Positions 12,201-20,513 of a stretch of DNA of 64,000 bases are shown here, one piece after another. Source of the stretch: Candidatus Woesearchaeota archaeon (GTDB taxonomy: Archaea > Nanobdellota > Nanobdellia > Woesearchaeales > UBA583); contig OZ242164.1 in the NCBI GenBank assembly GCA_965205335.1, positions 352,001 to 416,000 of the forward strand, written 5' to 3'. Position numbers and translations under genes: made by a program. The notes under the pieces were generated by a model, which was not told where the DNA came from, searched no databases, and saw only the letters and a program-made list of their open reading frames with translations. The stretch's first letter is position 1. Each line of letters starts with the position of its first letter.

Positions 12201-15200
12201 TAACAATAATTACGCAGTTGAAGTTACTGCTACAAGCGGTGCTAATAGTCGTGTGCTGACAGAAACACAGAATATTGTAGTTACTGTAGATGATGTAAAC
12301 GAGGCTCCATCCACACCTTCGGCACCAACTTTAAGTTCCCCTACTCCAAATAGTTTATCTGTGAGTTGGTCTGCTCCCGATAATACTGGTCCAGATATCA
12401 ATGATTATGATGTGCAGTACAGAAAAGGCTCAAGCGGAGCATTCACTAACAGGACACATACAGATAACTCTACAAGCACTACAATTACCGGTTTGGATGC
12501 TAATACTCAATACCAAGTAAGGATTCTTGCACATAATGATGAGGGTGCAAGCAATTGGTCCCAGACATCCGATGCTACTACCAGTCCAGTACCTAACAAC
12601 CAACCAACATTCACAAGCAATCCAACCTTCTCAGTAAATGAAAACAACATAAGCGTGGGAACTGTTGTGGCTTCTGATACCGATACAGAAGACAGTGTTA
12701 CTGGTTACATCATCTCAGGAGGGACAGACAGATCTATGTTCTCAATTACAAACAGTGGAGTACTAACTTTCCAGTCTAATCCAGATTACGAGAACCCTTC
12801 CGATGTCGGAACTAACAATAATTACGCAGTTGAAGTTACTGCTACAAGCGGTGCTAATAGTCGTGTGCTGACAGAAACACAGAATATTGTAGTTACTGTA
12901 GATGATGTAAACGAGGCTCCATCCACACCTTCGGCACCAACTTTAAGTTCCCCAACACCTAACAGTTTATTTGTAAGTTGGACTGCACCTGATAATACAG
13001 GTCCGGACATTAACGATTATGATGTGCAGTACAGAAAAGGTTCAAGCGGTTCATTCACTAACAGGACACATACAGACGACAGCACTAATACTACAATTAC
13101 AAGTCTGGATGCTAATACTTCATATCAAGTGAGGATTCTTGCACGTAATGATGAAGGGGGTAGTAACTGGTCTCCAACTGCTAGTTTTACTACAAGTTCA
13201 ATAAACAGTCCGCCAACTTTTACAAGCAGTCCAACCTTCTCAGTAAATGAAAACAACATAAACGTGGGAACAGTAACAGCTAACGACTCTGATACAGAGG
13301 ATAGTGTTACAAATTATAGTATCTCTGGAGGGGCTGACAACACAAGATTCTCAATAACAAACGGCGGTGTTTTGACTTTCGTTTCTGCACCAGATTTTGA
13401 AAACGCTGATGATGATGACAGTAATAATGAGTATGAGGTACAAGTTACTGCTACAAGTGGAACAGAAAGTAGAGTGATGACCACAACACAGGACATTACA
13501 GTTACAGTAAATAATGTGAGTGAGAGTACGCCTAACAATCCACCTGAATTTACAAGCAGTTCAACCTTTTCAGTAAATGAAAACATCAGAAACGTGGGAA
13601 ATGTTACAGCCTCTGACTCTGATACACAGGATAATGTTACAAGTTATAGTATCTCTGGCGGTGCAGACAACGCAAGATTATCAATCACAAACGGTGGTGT
13701 TTTGACTTTCGATTCTGCACCAGATTTCGAAAACCCAAATGATGCTAACAGTAATAATGAGTACGTGGTACAAGTTACTGCCACAAGTGGGACAGGAAGT
13801 AGGGAAATGAGTGCAACGCAGGACATTACTATCACAGTAAATAATGTGAGTGAAAGTACAGCTAATAGCCCTCCAGTTATCCCTATATCTTCTACTACTT
13901 TATATATTGACGAAAACAATATTGACGTAGGTACAATAGTCGCTAGTGATCCTGACATTCAGGACAGGATTACAGGTTATAAATTCATTAATGTCTCAAA
14001 TTTTGATCAAGAATTATTCCAAATTACAAATGAAGGTGTTTTGACTTTCAAGTCTCCTCCTGATTATGAAAATCCTTCTGACTATGATGGTGACAACACT
14101 TATCAATTTAGAGTGCAGGTTTCAAGTGGTATAGGAAGCAGAAAAAGAACTACAAACTCTGATGTATACGTGTTGGTAGATAATGTGAGTGATGAGATAG
14201 TTAATAACCCTCCTGCATTTACAAGCAGTTCAACCTTCTCAGTAAATGAAAACAACATAGGCGTGGGAACAGTAACAGCTTCCGACTCTGATACAGAAGA
14301 CAGTGTTACAGGTTATAATATCTCTGGCGGTGCAGACAACGCAAGATTATCAATCACTGGTGATGGTATTTTGACTTTCGTTTCTGCACCGGATTTCGAA
14401 AACCCAAATGATGCTGACAGTGATAATGAGTACGAGGTACAAGTTACTGCTACAAGTGGGACAGGAAGTAGAGTGATGACCGCAACGCAGGACATTACAG
14501 TTACAGTAACTAATGTGAGCGAGAGTACGCCTAACAATCCTCCTCAATTCCCCACCGGCGTAGCCTATTTGGACCTTGATGAGAATTTGAATGGTCCTAA
14601 ACATGTTCAGGACATCACTGCAAGTGATGATGTTAATGATACTATAACCTACTCAATTGCTTCTTGTGATAGAAGTAAGTTTAGTATTAATTCGTCAAAT
14701 GGTGAGGTATTTTACATTGGTAGTGGGGAAGATTTTGAGAGTTTAGTGCGGTCTGGTTCAACCCAGTTTAATTGTATAATTGAAGCCAGTGATGGGTCGC
14801 TTAATGATACTATTAGGTTAGAGGTTAACGTTCAGGATGTAAATGAGGCTCCTGTGTTCACCGAGCTTGAGACACGCGGACAGATGGAGGCTTATTTTTT
14901 TGATTTTGATGAGAATCTGAATGGCAGTTCTACTCCTGTTTTTGTAGGGAATGCAACCGCGACTGATGACGATGAGGATAATTTAACGTATAGTTTTACT
15001 ACTGCTCAAACCAAGTTTGAGATTAATTCATCAACTGGTGAGATAACGTATGTTGGTAGAGGGGAAAATCAAGAAGATGAAGATGATTTTATGACAGCGG
15101 TGCAGGTAAGTGATGGTACTCTTAATGTTTCTGTCAATGTTTTCATTAGTGTTAATGGCGTAAACGAGGCTCCATCCACACCTTCGGCACCAACTTTAAG

Positions 15201-18200
15201 TTCCCCAACACCTAACAGTTTATTTGTAAGTTGGACTGCACCTGATAATACAGGTCCGGACATTAACGATTATGACGTGCAGTACAGAAAAGGTTCAAGC
15301 GGAGCATTCACTAACAGGACACATACAGACGATAGCACTAATACTACAATTACAAGTCTGGATGCTAATACTTTATATCAAGTGAGGATTCTTGCACGTA
15401 ATGATGAAGGGGATAGTAACTGGTCTCCAACTGCTAGTTTTACTACAGGTTCAATAAACATTCCGCCAACTTTTACAAGCAGTCCAACCTTCTCAGTAAA
15501 TGAAAACAACATAAACGTGGGAACAGTAACAGCTAACGACTCTGATACAGAGGATAGTGTTACAAATTATAGTCTCTCAGGCGGTTCTGACAGCACAAAG
15601 TTCTCAATCACTAGTGGTGGTGTTTTGACTTTTGTTTCTGCACCGGATTTTGAATACCCTGATGATGCTGACAATAATAATGAGTACGAAATACAAGTTA
15701 CTGCTACAAGTGGTGCGGGAAGTAGAGTGATGACCGCAACGCAGGATATTACAGTTACAGTAAATAATGTGAGCGAGAGTACGCCCAACGTTCCTCCTGT
15801 ATTTACAAGCAATTCAACCTTCTCAGTACAAGAAAACAACATAAACGTGGGAACAGTAATAGCCTCTGACTCTGATACAGAAGACAGTGTTACAGGTTAT
15901 AGTATCTCTGGAGGGGCTGACAACACAAGATTCTCAATCACAAACGGTGGTGTTTTGACTTTCGTTTCAGCACCGGATTTTGAAAACGCTAATGACTATA
16001 ACGGAGACAGAATATATGTAGTACAGGTTACTGCTACAAGTGGGTCTGGTAGCAGAAGATTGACTGCAATACAAGACATTACAGTTACAGTAAATGATGT
16101 GGATGAGACTGTGCCTAACGATCCTCCTGAATTTATAAGCAATTCAACATTCTCAGTAAATGAGAACAACATAAACGTGGGAACAGTTAGAGCTACCGAC
16201 TCCGATACACAAGATAGTGTTACAAAATATAGTATCTCTGGCGGTTCTGACAGCACAAATTTCTCAATCACAAATAGCGGTATTCTGCATTTCATTTCTG
16301 TACCGGATTTTGAAAACCCTACTGATGCTAACAGTGATAATGAATATGAGGTACAAGTTACTGCTACAAGTGGGACTGGGAGCAGAGTGATGACCGCAAC
16401 ACAGAACATTATAATTACAATAACTAACGCAAATGAATCTCCTATTTTCACACAGAACTCTTATACCTTCAATATTAGTGAGAACGTAAACGGAACTTCT
16501 GTACATTTAGGAACAGTAACTGCAAATGACCCTGACTCTAACAGTGTTATAACATACTCCATCACAGTAGGCGACACGAATAAATTTAACATTAACTCAG
16601 CAGGTGAAATAACATACAATGGAAGTGGAGAAGATTACGAGAGAACAAAACGATACCGTTTAACAGTAAGAGCAAGTGATGGAACAAACAATGTAAACTC
16701 TAGCGTTATAATTAACATCAACAACCTAAATGATGGAGAAGAATTTGGATTTGAAAGAAATGCATACACATTCACTCTTGATGAGAACGCAGATGGTAGT
16801 TCAACTCCTGTATCTATCGGCACAGTAATTGCAATCAATTCCAACGGAACTGCAACATACTCAATTACAGAAGGTGACACAAGCAAATTTAACATTAAGT
16901 CATCAAGTGGGGTTATCTCATATATTGGAAGCGGAGAGAATTATGAAAGTGAAACAAGACAATATAACCTGACAATTAAGGCAGCCGATGGAACAAATGA
17001 AGTTACCACTGATGTTACTGTTAATATCAATAATTTAAATGAAGCAAATAACCAACCCCTTGTAGCAAGAGATGATAGAATTGATATAACCTCAGGCGAT
17101 ACCACAAGTGTTCTATCTAATGGAATAACAAATGTTAGAGATAATGACGAGGAGCAGGATAATGAAATTTCCCCACCGAGGATAACTCTAATCAGTGATG
17201 TAAAATATGGAAATTTAACGCTTAATGAGAATGGTACTTTCATATACAGACACTATGGCAACTCCACAGCAGAAGACAACTTTATGTATAGCATTAGTGA
17301 TGGAAATTACAGTGACAATGCAACAGTTACAATTACAGTGCAAGAGGACACATCATCTCCTAATGTTAATAGAAGTTCTTCATCTTCTTCATCCACATCA
17401 AGAAGTGGAAGCAGTGGAGGAGGTAGTAGCGGGACCCGGCTAAATGAAGGAGACCCAACTGAATTCAATATAAGAAGTGGAGGGTCAAGTGTTGTCTTAA
17501 TCATTGTGGAAGCAAATGAGAGAGTAAACAACGTAAAAATCAAAGCAAGAAAACTCAAAAACCTTCCATCATCTGTAGATGAAACTCCTAATGATGAGAT
17601 ATACGAGTATATAGATATAACAGCAAGCAGATTAGACAATGATGAAATTTCTGATGCTGAAATTGAATTCATTGTAGACAAAGAATGGTTATCAGACAAT
17701 GGATTTGATAAAGATGAAATAATAATGTTAATATATAATGAAGATGACGATGAATGGGAAGATTTAGATACTGAGGTAATCGGGGAAAATTCAGAAGAAG
17801 TCAGATACTCAGCAGAAACTTCTGGGTTTGCAATCTTTAGTATAGTTGCAAGAGAAAAACCTGATACAAAACCTCAAAAACCAATAGTTGAAACTACACC
17901 AGAAACGCAAATTATAACAAATGAAACAGAGACTAATACAACATTAACAGAAACACGAACTATAACTAATGAAACTGAATCTAAAACAATACCTGTTACA
18001 ACAAAACCTCAAACCCTCTCTAACCTAATTATAATCATACCTTTGATTGCATTAACATTGATAGTATTAGTAGTTGTTGGTTCTTTAATAATTAAGAAGT
18101 CAAAAAGCAGACGTTCTGGAGCAAAGAAAGAGAAAAAAACAAGACCAATAACTCAAACTCCTGCTATACTCTCATTAGAGAAAACCAAATCCATTGCAAC

Positions 18201-18825
18201 TTCTCCCCAATATAAGACTCAACCTTCTACAAAATATATGAAACAGAAGAACATATCAGAACAAAGAAAAATACCATTAGAGCAAACAATCATTTCAGTA
18301 ATATTAGGAATAATAATATTAATTTCTGGAATTGTGTACATGATTCTCTTCTCAGAACCAAATAGTATCCCTTCCTTAGAAGGCATAATCACAAATATAA
18401 ATCTATTTATATTCATCTCATTGATTGTGGTATTAGCAACAATAACTGTACTTATATCCAAAATCACAAGAGATAACTCAACTAAACAATCAACAAGGCA
18501 AACCAGACAATATACAAAACCAGAACCATCTCCTTCATCTCTCTCTACAAATAAAACAAGACGTGACAGTACAAAGTACTCAACAAAAACAGTTTCAGTA
18601 TTATCATTAATATTGACTGTGTTAATATTAATTATACTTGCAATTGTGATGTATATGAATTCTACTGCAATTTCTAATATATTTTCCGCTGAAAATCTGA
18701 ACACTATACTGTTCGTCTCCCTGATTATAGTGATAATAATAATATTTGGAGTTGAATACAAATATAAAGTATTTAATGAACTCCTATTTAGAGAGAGCAA
18801 CACTCAAAAAAGCAAGATCCTGTAA
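3289..18825 (+). CDS. Giant mosaic surface adhesin (5178 aa): signal peptide, choice-of-anchor-R-like domains, two beta-propeller-like modules, many cadherin and FN3 domains, PGF-pre-PGF domain, Thr-rich stalk, 5 TM helices
   Basis: Cadherin Ca-binding motifs (PxF..EN..AxDxD..DF/YE..DVNE); FN3 (LSVSWSAP..YDVQYR..L.ANTQYQVRI.A.N); GLWSDG repeats; AQAFTTG; TSGFAIFSI; hydrophobic C-terminal segments. Confidence 0.85.
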   Translation: MMEVPKRGVRRRAFSVFCLIFLFAFMGVVLADNVSAVKLVGNLDSESSGDLTIGEYQTSTGVGAQAFTTGNNPEGYVITGVEINVSVASSNRTALVSIQSSNNSKLYDLTGSVTSAGVQSFTAPENATLNASTTYFLHIAPGTGTLNFKVGVTDSDSEDSASASGWSVENVSLHSMNNGSSFTINTDSLQLAVYGDAVSINPEIPTNSFDLDSSNSNPFGLWSDGETLWVSDESGNKAYAYTFAEGSLTYDSSKDFSTVASPDGAGVNANNDIIYLLRPAGDFLTAHAYNFSGDRQNSKDVTNINITFNAQSTGLWADSTTIWITGKWSDPSHFMYGYNLNGTRNSNKDILIGSCINSYGAWSDEETIWVIGECTTGGNKIRAFNLSDGARDSARDIPISENNTQPRGLWSDGEFMWTANNKGTNDKVYSYKYRNNSYGLRIQGSPVTGHTLSADSSSITDPNGLPDSPDFSYQWQYDDGTDIAGATSKTYRLRASDVGKKIQVRVRFIDNARYDEELYSESFEIIKDKIPTSSFDLDSSNSNPFGLWSDGETLWVSDESGNKAYAYTFAEGSLTYDSSKDFSTIASPDGAGVNANNDIIYLLRPTGDFLTAHAYNFSGDRQNSKDVTNINITFNAQSTGLWADSTTIWITGKWSDPSHFVYGYNLNGTRNSNKDILIGSCINSYGAWSDEETIWVIGNCITGGNKIRAFNLSDGARDSARDISISENNTQPRGLWSDGEFMWTANNKGTNDKVYSYKYRNNAEGLRIQGSPITGHTLSADIASITEPNGLPDSPEFSYQWQYADGTDIAGAISKTYYLKVADAGKKVRVRVSFTDNARYEEEIFSEPTGTIQVNELAVFGQSEYIFYLDENRNGSGVNAITLGRITVTDKNKPSGVGLFFTESSSINSNDGKFRITGETTDTFRFQYRGTGEEYNETKNKYVYTITTFNNNNFTNSTSVNVTIYINDPNEAPVFEHLRYFFYLDKNKSGKPTPVELGTITVTDNKDPDGVTLFFPETNSPSSNDGKFRIIGETTDTFRFQYRGTGEEYNETKDRYVYTIAALDNNNNIAYMNVTVLIRNSTEPPVFDQREYVFYLDVNISGPVEMGTITLTDNDDSNGITLFFTEINSVNSNDGKFRISGGARDTFRFQYKGTGETDETNKYVYTIEAIDDRDNSAYANVTIYIINPNAPVFSQKEYVFYLDENQIGNDTPIDLGTISATDNDDPDGFAFSFANDSNDTFTPYSKDNKFRIKANTTTSSTFRYVGDGEEYNETDETKNKYVYTIITSDNNLNYAYATVTVYINDPNEASVFDQSEYIFYLDENRSGSGDNPITLGTINLNVNGIAGLKFKDGDNTLSSDSKFKIKSISDNSFEFRYIGTGEEYNETDETKNIYEYPIFTVYVGEDNGNSTTKLELVNVTINIREVEEETNEAPVFINTAYFALMDENRSGNQTPLDLITISATDNDDTNGITFFFSETNSNNSNDGKFRMAEFGINTVVLQYIGTGEDYDSENQYVYIIGARDDNNNTAYVNVTVDIKDPDNSPPVFNQSEYVFYLDENRSGSGGNAITLGTITLTDKENEQVALGFIGTATTYSSDNKFHIEHINGNSYRIRYVGTGEDYETTNEYVFGIFATDRSNNVVRTNVTVYINNPNEPIRETNDTLVSNLNQARHFSSFGFGSTRLAQGFTTGNNSLGYVLEKVEISVTNGNFFRGVINTHTAIYSASGNNPGTKLYNLTGNNVSMGYNEFTAPENTVLNASTSYFFVIEKESYSNSRHTFNLEVTNSNDEDSGASVGWSIKDKGQTQSVTNPGSWSSELYIQSVRTNTSLKMAVYGEEKTNSPPVFSGSSTFTVNEHKKRVGTVMASDEDVEDSITGYSISGGEDSGSFRINNNGVLHFIPTPNFESPSDVGGDNEYKVSVQVTSGTGSRLLTTNKEFTINVNDLNEPPSTPAKPTLNFPTSTSLLVNWVAPSNKGPAITDYDVEYREEDSSGSFSTWTHNGAVTSTTITNLSTNTTYYVQVRAENAEGTSGWSPVANGTTGGAQLTPEISDVEASDITADGAKITVIVSNPDGNSKNIYYRVWAIISDHIVDSGVVNTSTSSATFRLTGLNEGYRHDVDVSFNENFPEEETLHAQFTPKEPNNPPILTKNLIEFNLSENANGNSTPFHIGRVKATDPDGDPLNYTLVRTHTDDIDKFTINSTSGDVYYTGSGEDYETKRQYFLLGNLYDGVNEPVYFSITIEIINNSDEDGNNPPEFTSSSTFSVNENNINVGTVTATDSDTEDSVTDYNISGGADSTNFSITNGGVLTFNSAPDFENPSDSNSDNEYEVQVTATSGTGSRVMTATQDIIVTVNNVSESTSNNPPEFTSSPTFSVNENNINVGTVTATDSDTEDSVTDYNISGGADNAGLSITGDGVLTFNSAPDFENPSDSNSDNEYEVQVTATSGTGSRVMTTTQDIIVTVNNVSESTPNNPPEFTSSPTFSVNENNINVGTVTATDSDTEDSVTDYNISGGADNAGLSITNGGVLTFKSAPDFENADDDDSNNEYEVQVTATSGTGSRVMTTTQDITVTVNNVSESTTNLPPTFSIPHTTFYIDENTIDVGTIVTSDPDIQDRITGYRFINVSNFDQELFQITNEGVLTFKSAPDYENPSDYDGDNTYQFRVQVSSGIGSRRRTKNSDVYVLVDNVSDEIVNNTPAFTSNPTFSVNENNISVGTVTASDSDTEDSVTGYNISGGADNARLSITGDGILTFVSAPDFENPNDDDSNNEYVVQVTATSGTGSRVMNATQNITVTVNDVNEAPSTPSAPTLSSPTPNSLSVSWSAPDNTGPDINDYDVQYRKGSSGAFTNRTHTDNSTSTTITGLDANTQYQVRILAHNDEGASNWSQTSDATTSPVPNNQPTFTSNPTFSVNENNISVGTVVASDTDTEDSVTGYIISGGTDRSMFSITNSGVLTFQSNPDYENPSDVGTNNNYAVEVTATSGANSRVLTETQNIVVTVDDVNEAPSTPSAPTLSSPTPNSLSVSWSAPDNTGPDINDYDVQYRKGSSGAFTNRTHTDNSTSTTITGLDANTQYQVRILAHNDEGASNWSQTSDATTSPVPNNQPTFTSNPTFSVNENNISVGTVVASDTDTEDSVTGYIISGGTDRSMFSITNSGVLTFQSNPDYENPSDVGTNNNYAVEVTATSGANSRVLTETQNIVVTVDDVNEAPSTPSAPTLSSPTPNSLFVSWTAPDNTGPDINDYDVQYRKGSSGSFTNRTHTDDSTNTTITSLDANTSYQVRILARNDEGGSNWSPTASFTTSSINSPPTFTSSPTFSVNENNINVGTVTANDSDTEDSVTNYSISGGADNTRFSITNGGVLTFVSAPDFENADDDDSNNEYEVQVTATSGTESRVMTTTQDITVTVNNVSESTPNNPPEFTSSSTFSVNENIRNVGNVTASDSDTQDNVTSYSISGGADNARLSITNGGVLTFDSAPDFENPNDANSNNEYVVQVTATSGTGSREMSATQDITITVNNVSESTANSPPVIPISSTTLYIDENNIDVGTIVASDPDIQDRITGYKFINVSNFDQELFQITNEGVLTFKSPPDYENPSDYDGDNTYQFRVQVSSGIGSRKRTTNSDVYVLVDNVSDEIVNNPPAFTSSSTFSVNENNIGVGTVTASDSDTEDSVTGYNISGGADNARLSITGDGILTFVSAPDFENPNDADSDNEYEVQVTATSGTGSRVMTATQDITVTVTNVSESTPNNPPQFPTGVAYLDLDENLNGPKHVQDITASDDVNDTITYSIASCDRSKFSINSSNGEVFYIGSGEDFESLVRSGSTQFNCIIEASDGSLNDTIRLEVNVQDVNEAPVFTELETRGQMEAYFFDFDENLNGSSTPVFVGNATATDDDEDNLTYSFTTAQTKFEINSSTGEITYVGRGENQEDEDDFMTAVQVSDGTLNVSVNVFISVNGVNEAPSTPSAPTLSSPTPNSLFVSWTAPDNTGPDINDYDVQYRKGSSGAFTNRTHTDDSTNTTITSLDANTLYQVRILARNDEGDSNWSPTASFTTGSINIPPTFTSSPTFSVNENNINVGTVTANDSDTEDSVTNYSLSGGSDSTKFSITSGGVLTFVSAPDFEYPDDADNNNEYEIQVTATSGAGSRVMTATQDITVTVNNVSESTPNVPPVFTSNSTFSVQENNINVGTVIASDSDTEDSVTGYSISGGADNTRFSITNGGVLTFVSAPDFENANDYNGDRIYVVQVTATSGSGSRRLTAIQDITVTVNDVDETVPNDPPEFISNSTFSVNENNINVGTVRATDSDTQDSVTKYSISGGSDSTNFSITNSGILHFISVPDFENPTDANSDNEYEVQVTATSGTGSRVMTATQNIIITITNANESPIFTQNSYTFNISENVNGTSVHLGTVTANDPDSNSVITYSITVGDTNKFNINSAGEITYNGSGEDYERTKRYRLTVRASDGTNNVNSSVIININNLNDGEEFGFERNAYTFTLDENADGSSTPVSIGTVIAINSNGTATYSITEGDTSKFNIKSSSGVISYIGSGENYESETRQYNLTIKAADGTNEVTTDVTVNINNLNEANNQPLVARDDRIDITSGDTTSVLSNGITNVRDNDEEQDNEISPPRITLISDVKYGNLTLNENGTFIYRHYGNSTAEDNFMYSISDGNYSDNATVTITVQEDTSSPNVNRSSSSSSSTSRSGSSGGGSSGTRLNEGDPTEFNIRSGGSSVVLIIVEANERVNNVKIKARKLKNLPSSVDETPNDEIYEYIDITASRLDNDEISDAEIEFIVDKEWLSDNGFDKDEIIMLIYNEDDDEWEDLDTEVIGENSEEVRYSAETSGFAIFSIVAREKPDTKPQKPIVETTPETQIITNETETNTTLTETRTITNETESKTIPVTTKPQTLSNLIIIIPLIALTLIVLVVVGSLIIKKSKSRRSGAKKEKKTRPITQTPAILSLEKTKSIATSPQYKTQPSTKYMKQKNISEQRKIPLEQTIISVILGIIILISGIVYMILFSEPNSIPSLEGIITNINLFIFISLIVVLATITVLISKITRDNSTKQSTRQTRQYTKPEPSPSSLSTNKTRRDSTKYSTKTVSVLSLILTVLILIILAIVMYMNSTAISNIFSAENLNTILFVSLIIVIIIIFGVEYKYKVFNELLFRESNTQKSKIL
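3898..5830 (+). repeat. Near-identical 978-bp tandem duplication (propeller + Ig-like module)
   Basis: cagttttgatttggatagttc at 3909 and 4887; 326-aa protein repeat. Confidence 0.92.
10045..11030 (+). repeat. Three 330-bp tandem cadherin-coding repeats
   Basis: cctgaatttacaagcagt at 10051, 10381 and 10711. Confidence 0.92.
11678..12953 (+). repeat. Near-perfect 612-bp tandem duplication (FN3 + cadherin) plus the start of a third copy
   Basis: atgatgtaaacgaggctccatcc at 11678, 12290 and 12902; the two 204-aa units are identical in the translation. Confidence 0.95.
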
Positions 18826-18994
18826 ATTTTTGATTGTTGTACTTATGCTTATAGATAAAGTTCTCAAGTAACTTATTCCTTACAATAAAATAATTTTGTA
18901 GTATGCTATCAAACAAAACTATCTCCATAACTCCAAAAACAAAGCCCAAAATCCTGAAATAAAAACAAAAAGAACCATAAAACAAAACAGATAC

Positions 18995-19081
18995 ATAATA
19001 ATCTGTGGGGAAGAAGTAAAAGAATACTACAGAAAATTTGGCTATGAATTAGAAGGAGCATACATGGTTAAAAAACTATAA
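18995..19081 (+). pseudogene. 3'-end relic of Elp3 (tRNA U34 modification enzyme, radical SAM/GNAT)
   Basis: Translates IIICGEEVKEYYRKFGYELEGAYMVKKL*, matching the Elp3 C-terminal pattern (VISG.GVREYYRK.GYELEGPYM.K.L); overlaps the livF stop convergently. Confidence 0.7.
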
Positions 19082-19789
19082 AGCACCCAGATACGTCTCC
19101 TTTATCTTTTTATTATTAATAATATCCTTACCAGCACTCAAAACAACTTTCCCATTCTCAAGCAAATAAGTCCTATCTGCAATCTCAATAACTCTTTTAG
19201 CATTCTGCTCAACAATCAGCATACTAATTCCCTTTTCTCTCAACCCTACAATAACACTAAAAAGTTCCTTTTGGAGTTTTGGACTTAACCCCAATGTTGG
19301 TTCATCAAGCAAAAGCAACTTTGGTTCTTGCATCAAAGCCCTTCCAACTGCAAGCATCTGCTGTTCTCCCCCGCTTAAACCATACGCCAAATCATTTTCC
19401 TTTCTCCTAAGAGAAGGAAAAGTGTTATACACATTCTCTAATCTCTTCTCCAAAACTTCCTTATCAGAAATTCTATCAACACCAATCATAAGATTTTCCC
19501 TAACAGTCATATTAAGAAAATTAACCCTTCCCTGAGGAACATAAGAAACTCCAATTTCCATTAACTGATGAGTCTTAAAATCTCTAATACTCTTACCATT
19601 AAAACTTATTTCCCCTGATGTTACATTCGTTATATTAAACACAGACTTAATAACTGTACTCTTTCCAGCCCCATTAGGTCCTATCAAAGCAACAATCTCT
19701 CCATTCTTAACATCAATATCAACACCATACAAAATCTCAATCTGCCCATAACCCGCATAAACCTTTTTTAACTCTAACATTTTAATCAC
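19076..19789 (-). CDS. livF: Branched-chain amino acid ABC transporter ATPase
   Basis: GPNGAGKST, LSGGEQQMLAVGRAL, LLDEPTLGLSP, VEQNA. Confidence 0.93.
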   Translation of the reverse strand: MIKMLELKKVYAGYGQIEILYGVDIDVKNGEIVALIGPNGAGKSTVIKSVFNITNVTSGEISFNGKSIRDFKTHQLMEIGVSYVPQGRVNFLNMTVRENLMIGVDRISDKEVLEKRLENVYNTFPSLRRKENDLAYGLSGGEQQMLAVGRALMQEPKLLLLDEPTLGLSPKLQKELFSVIVGLREKGISMLIVEQNAKRVIEIADRTYLLENGKVVLSAGKDIINNKKIKETYLGAL

Positions 19790-20513
19790 CTAAATAAGCC
19801 TCCAACACTCTCTCATTATTCAAAACCTCCTTTGGTGTACCTCTTGCAAGCACCTCCCCTGCATTCATAACAATAACCTCCTGAGCAATACCCATAACAA
19901 AAGGCATATTATGTTCTATAATTAAAATAGTCTCACCTTTCTCTCTTAACTTTATTAAAAGTTTTTTAATCTGCTTTCTTAACTTTGGATTAACTCCTGC
20001 AACAGGTTCATCAAGCATTAAAATATCATGAGGCTTTGCCAACGCAATAGTTAAATCCAATAACTTTCTCTGCCCATAACTCAAATCAGACAAAAGAGTA
20101 TCCAAAGGCTTGTTAAGACCAGTTAAACTTAAAAATTTTTCAATCTCCTCTGTTCTATCCTTTTTCCTTCTAAAAAAACTTTTGAAAAAAGCCTCATCAT
20201 CAGATGACATTGCAATCTCAATATGATCCCTTATTGAAAGATTCTCAAAAATTCTAACCTGCTGAAACGTTCTTGAAATTCCCATCTTAGAAATCTTATG
20301 AGTTGCCAACTTAGTAATATCCTTATTCTCATAAACTATGCTTCCCTCATCTGGAACATAAATTGAATTAATACAATTAAACAAAGTTGTCTTCCCTGAA
20401 CCATTAGGTCCTATAATAGCAGTAATCTTACCCTTCTTAATACTCATAGAACAATCTTTCAATGCCTTAACTCCTCCAAAACTTATCGAAATATCCTTTA
20501 TATCAAGAATCAT
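19782..20513 (-). CDS. livG: Branched-chain amino acid ABC transporter ATPase
   Basis: FGGVKAL, GPNGSGKTT, RTFQ, LSYGQRK, DEPVAG, IEHNM, EAYLG. Confidence 0.93.
   Translation of the reverse strand: MILDIKDISISFGGVKALKDCSMSIKKGKITAIIGPNGSGKTTLFNCINSIYVPDEGSIVYENKDITKLATHKISKMGISRTFQQVRIFENLSIRDHIEIAMSSDDEAFFKSFFRRKKDRTEEIEKFLSLTGLNKPLDTLLSDLSYGQRKLLDLTIALAKPHDILMLDEPVAGVNPKLRKQIKKLLIKLREKGETILIIEHNMPFVMGIAQEVIVMNAGEVLARGTPKEVLNNERVLEAYLGD

Noticed and set aside
3608-18803. Many short alternative-frame and antisense ORFs inside the giant genes (also 37672-51572)
   Set aside because: Shadows of repetitive, codon-biased coding sequence; they recur with the repeat period and lack recognisable motifs.
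18788-18985. 65-aa minus-strand ORF
   Set aside because: No recognisable motif; overlaps the adhesin end; probably a relic or spurious.
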